Shown here: positions 9,887 to 20,948 of the stretch, in pieces
How the letters are laid out: each line of letters opens with the position of its first letter
How positions within the stretch are numbered: position 1 is the first letter of the stretch
Source of the DNA: Anaerolineae bacterium
Lineage (GTDB): Bacteria > Chloroflexota > Anaerolineae > CG2-30-64-16
NCBI GenBank assembly: GCA_025454635.1
Contig: JALOOB010000002.1
Location: 1-42,487, forward strand
Reading direction: 5' to 3'
Length of the DNA stretch: 42,487 nt
Position numbers and translations under genes: made by a program
Notes under the pieces: model-generated
The model's input: only the letters and a program-made list of their open reading frames with translations
Told to the model about the DNA's origin: nothing
Database searches by the model: none

Positions 9887-9949
9887 AACACAAAGATACA
9901 AAGTCACAAGGAAGACTATGTTGCCATCGTGTCTTTGTGTCTTGGTGTT
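9887..9949. repeat. Octamer-periodic inverted repeat (ACACAAAG) overlapping the nrnA stop
   Basis: AACACAAAGATACAAAGTCACAAG ... TCGTGTCTTTGTGTCTTGGTGTT. Confidence 0.75.
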
Positions 9950-10938
9950 GACGACGAGCTCAGGCTCGCGGCATGAACAAGCGGCAGCACGCGCGCCTGC
10001 GCATCGGCCAGCGGGCCGGTCAGCAGGCAGCCGGCTGCCTGCGGATGTCCGCCGCCGCCGAGGCTCAACGCGACTGTTGCGACGTCGTAACCCGGCCGCG
10101 ACCGGAAGTCCACCTCGATGCGACCGTCCGCCAGCTCGTTGAAGACCACGGCGACCCGCGCCTCGGCCGCGTTGATGAGCTGGCTGACCAGCCCGCCGTC
10201 GTCCTCGTCCAGGATGCCCGCAGCCTCGCGCATCGCCTTTGTGACTTCCGCCCACAAGACATAACCGTCAAGATGCGCCCGCTCGAACGCCATGCCCCAC
10301 AGCCGCATGTGCTTGAAGGGACGGGTGGCAAGCGTTCGTTGGCTTACGTCGGCCAGATTCGCGCCGGCCTCAATGAGGCGGACGGCAGCGGCCAGCTCGG
10401 CCGCGGTGACGTTGCTCGTGCGGAAGCCGAGCGTGTCGGTCACGAGGCCGACGAGCAGGGGCGTGGCCGCTTCCTTCGGCAGGGGCACGCCAAGCGCGTC
10501 CGCGAGCGCGATGACAAGCTGGCTTGTCGAAGCCGCTTCGGGCGCGACATAGTTCAGGTTGCCGAAGTGCAGGTTGGTGATGTGGTGGTCGACGACGATC
10601 AGTGGGGTCGGCGTGAACGCGAGGTTCGAGAAGATGGCGCCCAGCCGCGCCGGATCGCTCGCGTCGAGCGAGACAACAAGGTCGGGCTGGAAGCCCTCGG
10701 GCAGCGCGTTGACGATGCGCTCGACGCCGGGCACGAAGAACAGGGATTCCGGCGGGCGGTCCTGGCACGCCAGGACGACGGCGCGCTCGCCGGGCAGAGC
10801 GTCCAGAACGTACCCCAGCCCGAGCAGCGACCCGATTGCGTCGCCGTCTGGGTTGACGTGGCAGAACGCCACGAGGGACGCGGCCCCCATGATGGGGGCC
10901 ACGAGGTCACTCAGATTCGCGCTGTTCGGCGTCGGCAT
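9916..10938 (-). CDS. nrnA: DHH/DHHA1 phosphoesterase (nanoRNase/pAp phosphatase)
   Basis: HVNPDGDAIGS, VDHH, LVTDT, GGGGHPQAAG; usual position between rbfA and truB. Start approximate. Confidence 0.9.
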   Translation of the reverse strand: MPTPNSANLSDLVAPIMGAASLVAFCHVNPDGDAIGSLLGLGYVLDALPGERAVVLACQDRPPESLFFVPGVERIVNALPEGFQPDLVVSLDASDPARLGAIFSNLAFTPTPLIVVDHHITNLHFGNLNYVAPEAASTSQLVIALADALGVPLPKEAATPLLVGLVTDTLGFRTSNVTAAELAAAVRLIEAGANLADVSQRTLATRPFKHMRLWGMAFERAHLDGYVLWAEVTKAMREAAGILDEDDGGLVSQLINAAEARVAVVFNELADGRIEVDFRSRPGYDVATVALSLGGGGHPQAAGCLLTGPLADAQARVLPLVHAASLSSSSTPRHKDTMAT

Positions 10939-11335
10939 GGTGATCCTGTCCCGGCGCTTGCGCGGCCGCCCGCTCGGCGGATTTTCGCTCCGCAGCGATC
11001 TGATCGAGGATGTCGTCCACATGCGAGGCGCGCTTCTCTGTGTCGTCTACGACGAAGTGCAACTCGGGCACCACGCGCAGGTGAAGGTTCTCCACCAGCG
11101 CGCGGCGCAGGAACGTGGTCGAGTGCTGCAATGCGCTCAGCACGTGGCGCGTCTGCGAATCGGGCAGCGCGTGCTGGATAAACACGCGCGCGTTGCCCAA
11201 ATCCGCCGAAACCTGCACGTCCGTGACGGTGACCATCGCGTCTTCCAGTCGCGGATCGGTTAGTTCGCTGCCAATGAGAAGCCCAAGCTCCTCAGTTAAC
11301 ACCTCGGCAATGCGTTCTTGCCGGCGAGAAGTCAT
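10907..11335 (-). CDS. rbfA: Ribosome-binding factor A
   Basis: RQERIAE, DPRL, VTVTDVQVSADL, LRVVPELHFVVD; TAATG coupling to infB. Confidence 0.95.
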   Translation of the reverse strand: MTSRRQERIAEVLTEELGLLIGSELTDPRLEDAMVTVTDVQVSADLGNARVFIQHALPDSQTRHVLSALQHSTTFLRRALVENLHLRVVPELHFVVDDTEKRASHVDDILDQIAAERKSAERAAAQAPGQDHHADAEQRESE

Positions 11336-13947
11336 TACAGCACCCGTTCCTTCTTGTAGGCCTCCAGCACGTCGCCCGTCTCGAAGTCATGGAAGTTGTG
11401 CAGGTGGATGCCGCACTCGAATCCTGTCTTGACCTCGGGGACGTCCTCCTGGAACCGCTTCAACGCGGCGATCTTGTCCTCGGCGATCACCTCGCCCGCG
11501 CGCTTCACCCGAACCGGGGAGTTGCGCTGGATCTCGCCGTCCAGGATATAGCAGCCGGCCACCTTGCCGACCTTCGACACCCGGAAGACCTGGCGAATTT
11601 CCGCATGGCCCGTGACGACTTCCTTATACACGGGCTCCAACATCCCCTGGAGCGCCTTCTGCACGTCCTCAATGATGTTGTAGATGATGTTGTAGATGCG
11701 AATGTCGATGCCTTCGGCCTCGGCCATCTTCTGCGCGCCGCCGTCCGCAACGACGGAGAAGCCGACGACGATGGCGTGCGACGCGACCGCGAGCATGACG
11801 TCCGACTCGCTGATGTTGCCCGTGCCCTGGTGCAGAATCTTCACCTTCAGCTTGTCCGTGCTGAGCTTTTCGAGCGAGTTCACGATCGGCTCGATGGACC
11901 CCTGCACGTCCGCCTTCAGGATCAAGTTGAGTTCCTTCACCTGGCCCGCTTCAGCCGCAGCGAAGATGCTCTCCAGCGTGCGCGCCGGCGCCGGGCCTGC
12001 GGCCGCCTTCTTGGCAAGCTGCCGTTCGGATGCAATCCCCCGCGCGGTCCGGTCGTCCGCAACCACCTTGAACGTTTCGCCAGCAACCGGCACGTCGGAG
12101 AAGCCCAGGATCTGCACCGGCCTCGCGGGCTTGGCCTCCGTTATCGGCTCGCCCTTGTCATCATACATGGCGCGAATCTTGGCGTAAGTTTCCCCGCTCA
12201 CGATGCTGTCGCTCACGTGGAGCGTGCCGTTCTGGACCAGCAAGGTCGCCATCGGGCCGCGCTGCTTGTCGAGCCGGCTCTCGATGACCGTGCCCACGCA
12301 GTCGCCTTTCGGGTTTGCTGTCTGCGGGTCGACGTCGGCCAGGAGCAGGATGCTCTCGAGCAGGTCATCGATGCCGCGGCGCATCTTGGCCGAAACCGGG
12401 ACGCACATGACGTCGCCGCCGTACTCTTCGATGAGCACGCCGTTGTCCGCCAGCTCCTGCTTGACCCGGTCCGGGTTAGCCTGCGCCTTGTCGATCTTGT
12501 TCAGCGCCACGATGATCGGCACTTGGGCCGCTTTGACGTGCGCGATCGCCTCTTTTGTCTGCGGCATGACGCCGTCGTCCGCGGCCACCACCACGATGGC
12601 GATGTCGGTCACCTGGGCGCCGCGCGCGCGCATGGCCGTAAACGCCTCATGGCCGGGTGTGTCGAGGAACGTGATCTTGCGCCCGTTAATCTCGACCTGG
12701 TACGCGCCGATGTGCTGCGTGATGCCGCCCGCTTCGCCTTCGACCACGCGCGTCTCGCGGATCGCATCGAGCAGGGTGGTCTTGCCGTGGTCGACATGGC
12801 CGAGCACAACGACGACCGGCGGGCGAACCTCCATGTCCTCCGCCTTCTCCTGCGCCAGGATGCGCTGTCGCAACGTCTGCGGCGCAGCCTCGGGCTCGGC
12901 GGCCACTTCGGGCTCGGGCGCCTTTTCGCGGTTGACCGCAATGCCAAGTTCTTCGCCGATGAGCGCAGCCGTGTCGTAGTCGATGGACTCGGTGATGGTG
13001 ACCATCATGCCGTAATTCATCAGGGTCTTGATGACCTCGATCGGGCTCTTCCGCATCTTCTCGGCGAGATCGCGAATCGTGATCGTGTCGCCGATGACCA
13101 GCTCCGTTACAGCCGCCTGGGCTGCCGCAGTGGGCCGGGCCGCGCCGGTGAGGGGCGGCGGCGCAAGGCGTTCGCCGGGTGGCAACTGAGCCTGACGCGA
13201 CTTGCCCTGCGGCCGACGCTGGTTGTTGCCGCCCGGACGGTTGCCGCCCGACGGACCCCCGCCGGTGCGCTGTTGCGGGCCGGTCCGTTGCGGGCCGCCG
13301 CGATCCGGCGCGCCGAATCCGCCGCCACCGCTCGGCGCGCCACCGCCGCCACCGCCGTAACCGCCGCCCGGGCGGCCCTGCGAGGGTCCACGGTTCTGAC
13401 CGCCGTAGCCCCCTTGGGGGCCACCACCACCACCGCCGCCGCCACCACCACTGTAACCGCCACCGGGCCGGCCCTGTGAGGGACCGCGGTTCTGTCCGCC
13501 GTAGCCGCCCGCCGGCCGCGGGCCGCTGGGCGCGGGGCGTCCGCGTGGAACGACTGTGTCCTCGGACGTGGGGTCGAAGACGCGTTGGTTGAACACCTCG
13601 TCATCGCCCCCCTGGTTTGGCTGCCCGCCCGGCCGGTTGCCGGGGCGAGTCTCGCCGGGACGCGAAGGCGCGGGGCTGCGATTGCCGTCCGGCGCGGAGC
13701 CGGGCTTGGCCCCCGGGGCCGATGGTTTGGCAAAGGAGGGCGTTTTGGGCTGCCGGCTCGCATCGTTGCGCTGGCCGTTTTCCGCCGGCTTGCTCCCTGG
13801 GCGCGCCGCCTGGTCAGGCGTCTGTGGTCGCCCTTGGCCCTGGCCGGCAGGTCGCGCCTGCGGCTGGCGCGGTGTATTCTGGTTCTGGGTTTCGTTTTCA
13901 GTCGAGGCCCCGCTGGGCTGCTCGGCTTTCGGGTTGTCGTTCGCCAT
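11335..13947 (-). CDS. infB: Translation initiation factor IF-2
   Basis: AGGAGG SD; [33 protein letters not shown]; long Gly/Pro/Gln-rich N-terminus. Confidence 0.97.
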   Translation of the reverse strand: MANDNPKAEQPSGASTENETQNQNTPRQPQARPAGQGQGRPQTPDQAARPGSKPAENGQRNDASRQPKTPSFAKPSAPGAKPGSAPDGNRSPAPSRPGETRPGNRPGGQPNQGGDDEVFNQRVFDPTSEDTVVPRGRPAPSGPRPAGGYGGQNRGPSQGRPGGGYSGGGGGGGGGGPQGGYGGQNRGPSQGRPGGGYGGGGGGAPSGGGGFGAPDRGGPQRTGPQQRTGGGPSGGNRPGGNNQRRPQGKSRQAQLPPGERLAPPPLTGAARPTAAAQAAVTELVIGDTITIRDLAEKMRKSPIEVIKTLMNYGMMVTITESIDYDTAALIGEELGIAVNREKAPEPEVAAEPEAAPQTLRQRILAQEKAEDMEVRPPVVVVLGHVDHGKTTLLDAIRETRVVEGEAGGITQHIGAYQVEINGRKITFLDTPGHEAFTAMRARGAQVTDIAIVVVAADDGVMPQTKEAIAHVKAAQVPIIVALNKIDKAQANPDRVKQELADNGVLIEEYGGDVMCVPVSAKMRRGIDDLLESILLLADVDPQTANPKGDCVGTVIESRLDKQRGPMATLLVQNGTLHVSDSIVSGETYAKIRAMYDDKGEPITEAKPARPVQILGFSDVPVAGETFKVVADDRTARGIASERQLAKKAAAGPAPARTLESIFAAAEAGQVKELNLILKADVQGSIEPIVNSLEKLSTDKLKVKILHQGTGNISESDVMLAVASHAIVVGFSVVADGGAQKMAEAEGIDIRIYNIIYNIIEDVQKALQGMLEPVYKEVVTGHAEIRQVFRVSKVGKVAGCYILDGEIQRNSPVRVKRAGEVIAEDKIAALKRFQEDVPEVKTGFECGIHLHNFHDFETGDVLEAYKKERVL

Positions 13948-14126
13948 TCATCATCCTCCTTGAGCCGCCCGCGAGGCGCAGAGTTCGTTCTGGGCGAAGT
14001 CCAGAGACGACGCGCGGTCAACCAGCCGGGCGTAAGCCGGGGCTGGGGGGCAAGCCGATTCCTATTCACGGTCAAACCACGGGGGAAGGACAGGGGGACG
14101 TTCAGGGAGGGAGGGGGTTTATGCCA

Positions 14127-14207
14127 CTACTTACGCATAAGGCCTTCCTCGGAGCGTCGGGTTCCTTCGCCCATCGGTTGTGTTAGCGGTCGCGTGGCCG
14201 CTACCAT
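14127..14207 (-). CDS. Possible 26-aa small ORF upstream of infB (MVAATRPLTQPMGEGTRRSEEGLMRK)
   Basis: AGGAG 6 nt before ATG 14207; TAG at 14127-14129; no recognised homology. Confidence 0.3.
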   Translation of the reverse strand: MVAATRPLTQPMGEGTRRSEEGLMRK

Positions 14208-14221
14208 GAGTTGCTCCTGTT

Positions 14222-14246
14222 GTGGCGCAAGTAGACCTTGCGCCAC
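14222..14246. repeat. REP-like palindrome just after ylxR
   Basis: GTGGCGCAAG-TAGAC-CTTGCGCCAC; resembles 6723-6751. Confidence 0.7.
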
Positions 14247-14250
14247 GTCA

Positions 14251-14559
14251 TTATTCCTCCGGCAGCGTCTCAGCGTATGCCTTCAACGCTGTCGTGTCTT
14301 CCGCTGTCAAACTTGTCTTCAGCGCCGTATTCAGACGCTGCGTGAAGCCGGGAACGTTCCAGCAGTCCCGCGCTTTGCACAAATAAGCGCCCCGGCCTGC
14401 GGCCTTGCCGGTTGGATCCACGTGGACTTCGCCGGCTGGCGTCCGCACGATGCGCACCAGCTCCCGCTTGCCCCGTTCCGACCGGCAGACAACGCATGTC
14501 CGCTGCGGCACGTGTTTGGGGCGCGGCCCCTTCGGCTTGGAGGCTTGCCCCGATGGCAT
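14251..14559 (-). CDS. ylxR: YlxR/RnpM (DUF448) RNA-binding protein
   Basis: PQRTCVVCR, ELVRIVR, GRGAYLC; lies between nusA and infB. Confidence 0.92.
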   Translation of the reverse strand: MPSGQASKPKGPRPKHVPQRTCVVCRSERGKRELVRIVRTPAGEVHVDPTGKAAGRGAYLCKARDCWNVPGFTQRLNTALKTSLTAEDTTALKAYAETLPEE

Positions 14560-14562
14560 GGC

Positions 14563-16206
14563 CTAGTATTCCACGTCGCCCCAGCCGCCGCGGCCCGGCT
14601 TGCGCTTGCGCCGCGCAACCACCTCGCCCAGGTCCTCGTCGAAGACCAGCTCGCGCTTCTTAGTGTCCTTCTTAACCTTCTTCGCCGGGGCCTTCTTCCC
14701 TGCGCCGCCCTCTTCCTCGTCTTCGATCAATTCGTCGTCCACGAAGGCTTCGGGCACGAGGAACTGCTCACCCGCGTCGCCCATGCTCTGGGGCTCGGGC
14801 TCTGCCGGCGCGACCTCCGCCGGCCCAGGCTCGGCGGCGACCTCTTCTTCCTCAACGGCGGGCGCAACGGCTTCCGCAACTTCAGGAGCGGCGGCTTCGG
14901 CCTCGACCATCTCAGTTTCGGGCTGGGCCTCTGCCTCTTCTTCGATTTGCGGCAGGTCGGGCCGGTTCTGATCGGCCTGCGCCAGCAAGCGAGCGGCCGT
15001 TTCCAGAGTGGCCTGCGTCTTGTCGCGTTCGCGCAGCAGCCATTCCGCGCGGCTGAGGAGGTCGTCGCCCGCGGGCAGCGCCGCGGCCTTGTCCTGCAGC
15101 GAGCGCTGGCGGATCATCTGCATCTGCTGCCGCTTAATCTCGGCCAGGCCCTCGGTCGCAGCCTCGGTCTCGCTCTTGATGTCGATGCGCCAACCGGTCA
15201 GCTTGGCCGCAAGGCGCGCATTCTGGCCTTCCTTGCCAATGGCGAGCGAGAGCTGGCGGTCAGGCACCACTACGATAGCGGTGCGGATATCGCCTTCTTC
15301 GATCAGGATCGTATCGGTCGGCTTGGCGGGGCTGAGCGCGTTGCTAATGAAGCTGCGCACGTCAGCAGACCATTCGACCACGTCGATCTTCTCGCCGTTC
15401 AGTTCGTCCACGATGTTCTGGATGCGTGTGCCGCGCAGGCCGACACAGGAGCCGACGGGATCGACGCCGGGCTGGCTGGCGGAGACGGCTACCTTCGAGC
15501 GCTGGCCCGGTTCGCGAGCGATGCTCTTGATTTCGACCGTGCCGCTGTAAATTTCGGGGATTTCGCGCTCGAGCAGGCGGCGTAGCATATTGCGATGTGT
15601 GCGCGACAGGCGAATCTGAGGCCCCCGCGTGCCCTTGTTGATCTCTGCGAGCAGCGTGCGGACGTTCATGCCCACGCGGTAGCGGTCGTTCGGAAGTTGG
15701 TCTTCCGCCGCAATGATGCCCTCGGCCTTCTTGCTGAGCGTGACCGTCACCGCGTTGCTGCGGTAGTCGATCGACTGCACCTGGCCGGTGATCAGTTCGC
15801 CTTCGCGCTGCTTGTAGAAATCGAACAGCTGGTCACGCTCTGCCTCATGGATGCGCTGGAGAATGACCTGTTTGGCCGTCTGCGCGGCAATGCGGCCGAA
15901 ATCCGCCGGCTCGCGGTGGTCGATGACCGTGCTGCCAAGTTCCGCGTCCTTGTCCAGCTTGCGGGCCTCGGGCAGGCCGATTTCGACCGCGGGATCCTCG
16001 ACCTTTTCAACCACGGTCTTCTCGCAGGAAATGCTGAGGTCGCCCGTGTTCGGATCGATGGTTGCTTGGACGTTGGCCGTGGCGTTGGCGTAATTGCGCC
16101 GGTAGGCGTGGACCAATGCTTCCTCGATGGCTCCCAGGATCGTCTCGCGCGGCAACTCTTTCTCCGCGCAGATCTGGTTGACAGCCATGATCAGCTCTTT
16201 GCTCAT
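14563..16206 (-). CDS. nusA: Transcription termination/antitermination factor NusA with long acidic C-terminal tail
   Basis: GAAGGA SD, ATG 16206; [41 protein letters not shown]. Confidence 0.96.
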   Translation of the reverse strand: MSKELIMAVNQICAEKELPRETILGAIEEALVHAYRRNYANATANVQATIDPNTGDLSISCEKTVVEKVEDPAVEIGLPEARKLDKDAELGSTVIDHREPADFGRIAAQTAKQVILQRIHEAERDQLFDFYKQREGELITGQVQSIDYRSNAVTVTLSKKAEGIIAAEDQLPNDRYRVGMNVRTLLAEINKGTRGPQIRLSRTHRNMLRRLLEREIPEIYSGTVEIKSIAREPGQRSKVAVSASQPGVDPVGSCVGLRGTRIQNIVDELNGEKIDVVEWSADVRSFISNALSPAKPTDTILIEEGDIRTAIVVVPDRQLSLAIGKEGQNARLAAKLTGWRIDIKSETEAATEGLAEIKRQQMQMIRQRSLQDKAAALPAGDDLLSRAEWLLRERDKTQATLETAARLLAQADQNRPDLPQIEEEAEAQPETEMVEAEAAAPEVAEAVAPAVEEEEVAAEPGPAEVAPAEPEPQSMGDAGEQFLVPEAFVDDELIEDEEEGGAGKKAPAKKVKKDTKKRELVFDEDLGEVVARRKRKPGRGGWGDVEY

Positions 16207-16275
16207 TTCCTTCGTTCTCTCCCGCAAAATGCCCACCGGCCTGACGCCGGGTTTGTTCCGTTCCGGGACCCTTAC

Positions 16276-16306
16276 AACAAAGAAAGCCGGGGGGTTCCCG
16301 ACTTTC
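16276..16306 (-). terminator. Leader terminator/attenuator hairpin of the nusA operon
   Basis: GAAAGTCGGG ... CCCGGCTTTC hairpin followed by TTTGTT, located between the promoter and nusA. Confidence 0.65.
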
Positions 16307-16336
16307 CGCAGAAGAGTGCCTGAAGCTAATGTCAAG

Positions 16337-16365
16337 ATAATAGCATAGCTTTGCAGAAGGGTCAA
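16337..16365 (-). promoter_or_regulatory. Sigma70-type promoter of the nusA operon
   Basis: TTGACC-N17-TATTAT with extended -10 TG. Confidence 0.75.
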
Positions 16366-16383
16366 GTTCGCAGAGCGACGTCT

Positions 16384-17247
16384 TTAAGGCAGCACCGCGA
16401 ACCGTCCAGCGACAACTTCCTGCCCCGCCGGACTGGCAACGAAGTCGACCAGCGCGCGGACCTGAGGGGTGAGCGGCGCCCGAGCGCCGAGATAGAGCGT
16501 GCGCGCCAGATAGTACGCGCCGCTGCGAATGTCCTCGGTCGACGGCGGCAGCCCCTCGACGGGCACGATGCGGACGCGACTATCGGCGGCAGATGCGGAG
16601 ACGTAGCCGACGGAGAGAGGATGAGATGCGACATAATCAATGACGGCTTGTGTTGTGGGCATGACCAGCGCGTTCAGCGTCACTCGCTGGCCGCCCATCA
16701 CCCGCGCCTCGAACGCGGCGCGAGTGCCCGAGCCGTCCTCGCGGCTCACAATTTGCGGCTCGCCCTCGATCCCGCCCAGCGCGCGCCAGTCCAACACCTC
16801 GCCGCCAAAAAGCGCGCGCAGCTGCAACGCGGTCACGTTCGAGATGGGGTTGCGCGGGTGGACGACCACCGCGACCCCATCGCGCGCGATGGGGACTAAC
16901 TGGAATTCGTCGGGGACGACCTGCGTCTCGTCCCAGTATGAGAGGGCTGCCACGTCGACGCGGCCGGCGCGCAATTCGTCCCAGCCGATCTGCGTCCCGC
17001 CGCCCTGGACCTCGACCAGCAGATTTGGGTTCTGTGCCTGCAGCGTCGCCGCGAGCTCACCGAGGGCAGGCGCCATCGTCGTTGAGCCGGCGATGCGGAG
17101 GCGCGTTGGCGGCGGCGTTGCGGTCGGACCGGCTGCGCAGGCGGCAAGGACAAGCAGGCCGACCATCAACCCCAACCACGAATATGCGAATGGGCGCAGG
17201 CGCCCGTGCTGATTCGCTGCTCGGGTTGCGTTCGGCGTCGATTTCAT
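16384..17247 (-). CDS. Phosphate-binding PstS-family lipoprotein (orphan)
   Basis: Lipobox LVLAAC; IAGSTT, GGTQIG, IARDGVAVVVHP, SREDGSGTR, YYLARTLY; ATG overlaps the uppP stop. Confidence 0.85.
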   Translation of the reverse strand: MKSTPNATRAANQHGRLRPFAYSWLGLMVGLLVLAACAAGPTATPPPTRLRIAGSTTMAPALGELAATLQAQNPNLLVEVQGGGTQIGWDELRAGRVDVAALSYWDETQVVPDEFQLVPIARDGVAVVVHPRNPISNVTALQLRALFGGEVLDWRALGGIEGEPQIVSREDGSGTRAAFEARVMGGQRVTLNALVMPTTQAVIDYVASHPLSVGYVSASAADSRVRIVPVEGLPPSTEDIRSGAYYLARTLYLGARAPLTPQVRALVDFVASPAGQEVVAGRFAVLP

Positions 17248-18083
17248 CAGAGCACGTTCGCCAGCACGACAATCACCCCTAGCGCGGCGCAGTAGGCAGC
17301 GAACACATACAGGCTGCCGCGGCGGAGGTAGGAGAGCAAGAAGCGGATGCACAGGTAGCCGACAATCCCCGCCGCGAGGGTCCCGGCAATCAGCGCGGCC
17401 GGCGAACTGTCGAGCATTTCGGTCCCCTGAGTGAGATCGAACAACTGCAGCACGCCTGCGCCGAGGATGGCGGGCGTCGCGAGCATGAAGCTGAAGCGGG
17501 CCGCGGCCTCGCGCGTGAGGCCCCGGCCCATGCCCGCAGCCATCGTCGCGCCGGAGCGGCTGATTCCGGGCGCCATCGCGATAGCCTGCGCAATGCCCAC
17601 GGTCAGTGAGTCGGGGAGATTCAGGTTCGCCAACGGCTTTTCGCGCCGGCCGATGCGTTCGGCCAACGCGAGCAGTCCGGCAGTGACCAACAAAAAGAAG
17701 CCGACCGCGACCGGCGCGGCGAACAGCTCCTCGATGAAATCCTTGAAGAGAAAACCGAGGACGACCGCGGGCAGCGTGCCGAGGATCAGGCCCCACGCAA
17801 GCCGGCTGTCCGGGTCGGCCAGCCGGCCGCCGGACGCGGCGCTCCACGGACCGTGGCCGAAAAGGCTGCGGAAGAACGCCCGAATGACCGCCAGCCACTC
17901 GCGCCAGAAATAGGTGACGACTGCCGCGAGCGTGCCCCAGTGGAGCAGCGTGTCGAAGAGCAAGCCAGGGTTCTGCCAGCCTAACGCCCAGGGAACGAGC
18001 ACGAGATGCGCTGACGAACTGACCGGGATGAACTCGGTCGCGCCCTGGACGATGCCGAGGATGATGGCTTGGATGATGTCCAT
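17247..18083 (-). CDS. uppP: Undecaprenyl-diphosphatase
   Basis: GIVQGATEFIPVSSSAH, PGISRSGAT, AARFSF. Confidence 0.96.
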   Translation of the reverse strand: MDIIQAIILGIVQGATEFIPVSSSAHLVLVPWALGWQNPGLLFDTLLHWGTLAAVVTYFWREWLAVIRAFFRSLFGHGPWSAASGGRLADPDSRLAWGLILGTLPAVVLGFLFKDFIEELFAAPVAVGFFLLVTAGLLALAERIGRREKPLANLNLPDSLTVGIAQAIAMAPGISRSGATMAAGMGRGLTREAAARFSFMLATPAILGAGVLQLFDLTQGTEMLDSSPAALIAGTLAAGIVGYLCIRFLLSYLRRGSLYVFAAYCAALGVIVVLANVL

Positions 18084-18088
18084 ACGCG

Positions 18089-19332
<1,244 letters not shown>

Positions 19333-19369
19333 TCACACGCACCACTCATCTTCCCCTCAGGAGGCAACG

Positions 19370-20422
19370 ATGCCTTTTGGCGAACTCCTCACCGGCTCAG
19401 TTCAACTGATTTGGCGCAACAAAAAGCTGCTTATCTTCCCCGCCATTGGCCTGGCCTTATACGCGATCGGTCTGCTCATCTATCAGCTGGCTGGCGCAGC
19501 GTGGCTGAGCCGCTACTTCGACTGGCTCAACGATATGATGCGCAGCCCCGACGCCATTCCCCCCGACATCATGGGCGAGTTCTTCACTGGCGTGGCGGCC
19601 ATGTGGATCGGCCTTGCCGTATTTCTCATGCTGAGCCTGCTCGGCTACATCGTCGGCCTCGTCGCAACATCCGGACTGATCCTCGAAGCGGATCGCGCGC
19701 GCGACGGCGAGCAGGTCGACGTCGGCCGGGGGTTGCGAGAAGGGCTGGGCCGTGCCGGGCATCTCTTCCTCGTGCAGCTCGCGTGGCTTTTGCCGGGCTT
19801 GCTCATCGGTTGCGTGGGGTTTGCCGGCTTCTTTCTGCTGGCGTTCGGCGCGGGCGCGGCCGGCAGCCGGAGCGACACCGCGAACGCGCTCGGCTTCGTC
19901 TGGCTCGCTTGCGTCTGCGGCGGTTTCTGCCTGGGCCTGCTTTATGCGGTCGTCGCGGGCATCTTCTCGCCGCTCATGCAGCAGTCTGCGGTGGCGGGCC
20001 GGCGCGGGGTGGTCGAAGCGATCCGCGAGGGCTGGGCGCTCACGCGCGCCAACCTGGGCACGGTCATCCTCGTGTGGATTCTGCTCCTGCTCGTGTCGTT
20101 TGCGGTGACAGTCCTGCTTCAGCTTGTCACGACCATCATTAGCCTGCCGCTGACAGGCGTTTGGCTGGCGGGCTTTGGCCGGCTCATGGAGGACGCGCAG
20201 CGCGGCGTTATGCCTCAGTTACCGCGTGTTAGCACGCCGTTATACCTCATTACCTCGCTCTTTTCGCTGCTGGTTACGGTTGGCGGGATGTGGCTGCTGC
20301 AAGCCTACATGCCGGTGGTGTGGAACGGGGTGTACCGGCGCCTGTCGCGGCCGGTGGTGGCGGCGCCAGCGGAACTGGTGGCCGCTGAAGATGATACAAC
20401 GCAGGACGAGCCGGCCGCTTAA
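19370..20422 (+). CDS. Polytopic membrane protein of unknown function
   Basis: AGGAGG SD before ATG 19370; 6-7 hydrophobic segments; EAIREGWALTRAN motif. The upstream part of the 768-aa track ORF is antisense to tgt. Confidence 0.8.
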   Translation: MPFGELLTGSVQLIWRNKKLLIFPAIGLALYAIGLLIYQLAGAAWLSRYFDWLNDMMRSPDAIPPDIMGEFFTGVAAMWIGLAVFLMLSLLGYIVGLVATSGLILEADRARDGEQVDVGRGLREGLGRAGHLFLVQLAWLLPGLLIGCVGFAGFFLLAFGAGAAGSRSDTANALGFVWLACVCGGFCLGLLYAVVAGIFSPLMQQSAVAGRRGVVEAIREGWALTRANLGTVILVWILLLLVSFAVTVLLQLVTTIISLPLTGVWLAGFGRLMEDAQRGVMPQLPRVSTPLYLITSLFSLLVTVGGMWLLQAYMPVVWNGVYRRLSRPVVAAPAELVAAEDDTTQDEPAA

Positions 20423-20426
20423 ATGC

Positions 20427-20493
20427 GTAGGGGGCGGGATCGGTCGACGCCTGCCGACACTCCTGCCCCCTGCCGCTTCCCCCAAAGGGGGAG
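20427..20493. terminator. Twin hairpins between convergent genes
   Basis: GTAGGGGGCGGGA...TCCTGCCCCCTGC followed by CTTCCCCC-AAA-GGGGGAG. Confidence 0.55.
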
Positions 20494-20494
20494 T

Positions 20495-20821
20495 TCAGTC
20501 TTCCTTCTTTGTTCCCGCGCTGGCCCCGCTTGGCTCCGAGCTAGTCGATGTCGTCGCTGGCGCGCTGTCTGTCTTCTTCTCCGTGGACGCGCTCGCCGGC
20601 GCGGCTTCGTCCTTCTTGCCCGCGGGGATGCCGGTCGACGACTTGCCTTTGTTATCCGTCACGTAGAACCCTGAGCCCTTGAAAATCACGCCGACGGGTT
20701 GAATCACGCGGTGCACGTGGCCGTTGCACTCGGGGCAATCCCGCAAGGGCGCTTCGGAATAAGATTGCAGTCGCTCGAACCGCACGCCGCAGTCGTCGCA
20801 TTCGTAAACATAAGTGGGCAT
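20495..20821 (-). CDS. FmdB family zinc-ribbon protein
   Basis: MPTYVYECDDCG...CPEC...FKGSGFYVTD plus low-complexity Ser/Thr tail. Confidence 0.92.
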   Translation of the reverse strand: MPTYVYECDDCGVRFERLQSYSEAPLRDCPECNGHVHRVIQPVGVIFKGSGFYVTDNKGKSSTGIPAGKKDEAAPASASTEKKTDSAPATTSTSSEPSGASAGTKKED

Positions 20822-20894
20822 CGCCGTAACCCCCGGTCCAACCTGACACGTAACATTCAGACCTCCGAGAGTATCCCCTCGGAGGCCAACCGTG

Positions 20895-20923
20895 ATTATA
20901 ACGCACTTCTGTTAGTGTTACAA
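20895..20923 (-). promoter_or_regulatory. Sigma70-type promoter for the FmdB-family gene
   Basis: TTGTAA-N17-TATAAT; followed by leader hairpin CCTCCGAG/CTCGGAGG (20862-20885). Confidence 0.7.
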
Positions 20924-20948
20924 ATGCGCGGCGCAAATTCCCCGCGCG

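Noticed and set aside
11389-15585. Long plus-strand ORFs (696 and 666 aa)
   Set aside because: Antisense shadows of infB and nusA, expected in high-GC DNA; no motifs.
17248-17898. N-terminal extension of the 504-aa PstS ORF
   Set aside because: Alternative frame of uppP; the lipoprotein signal begins after ATG 17247.
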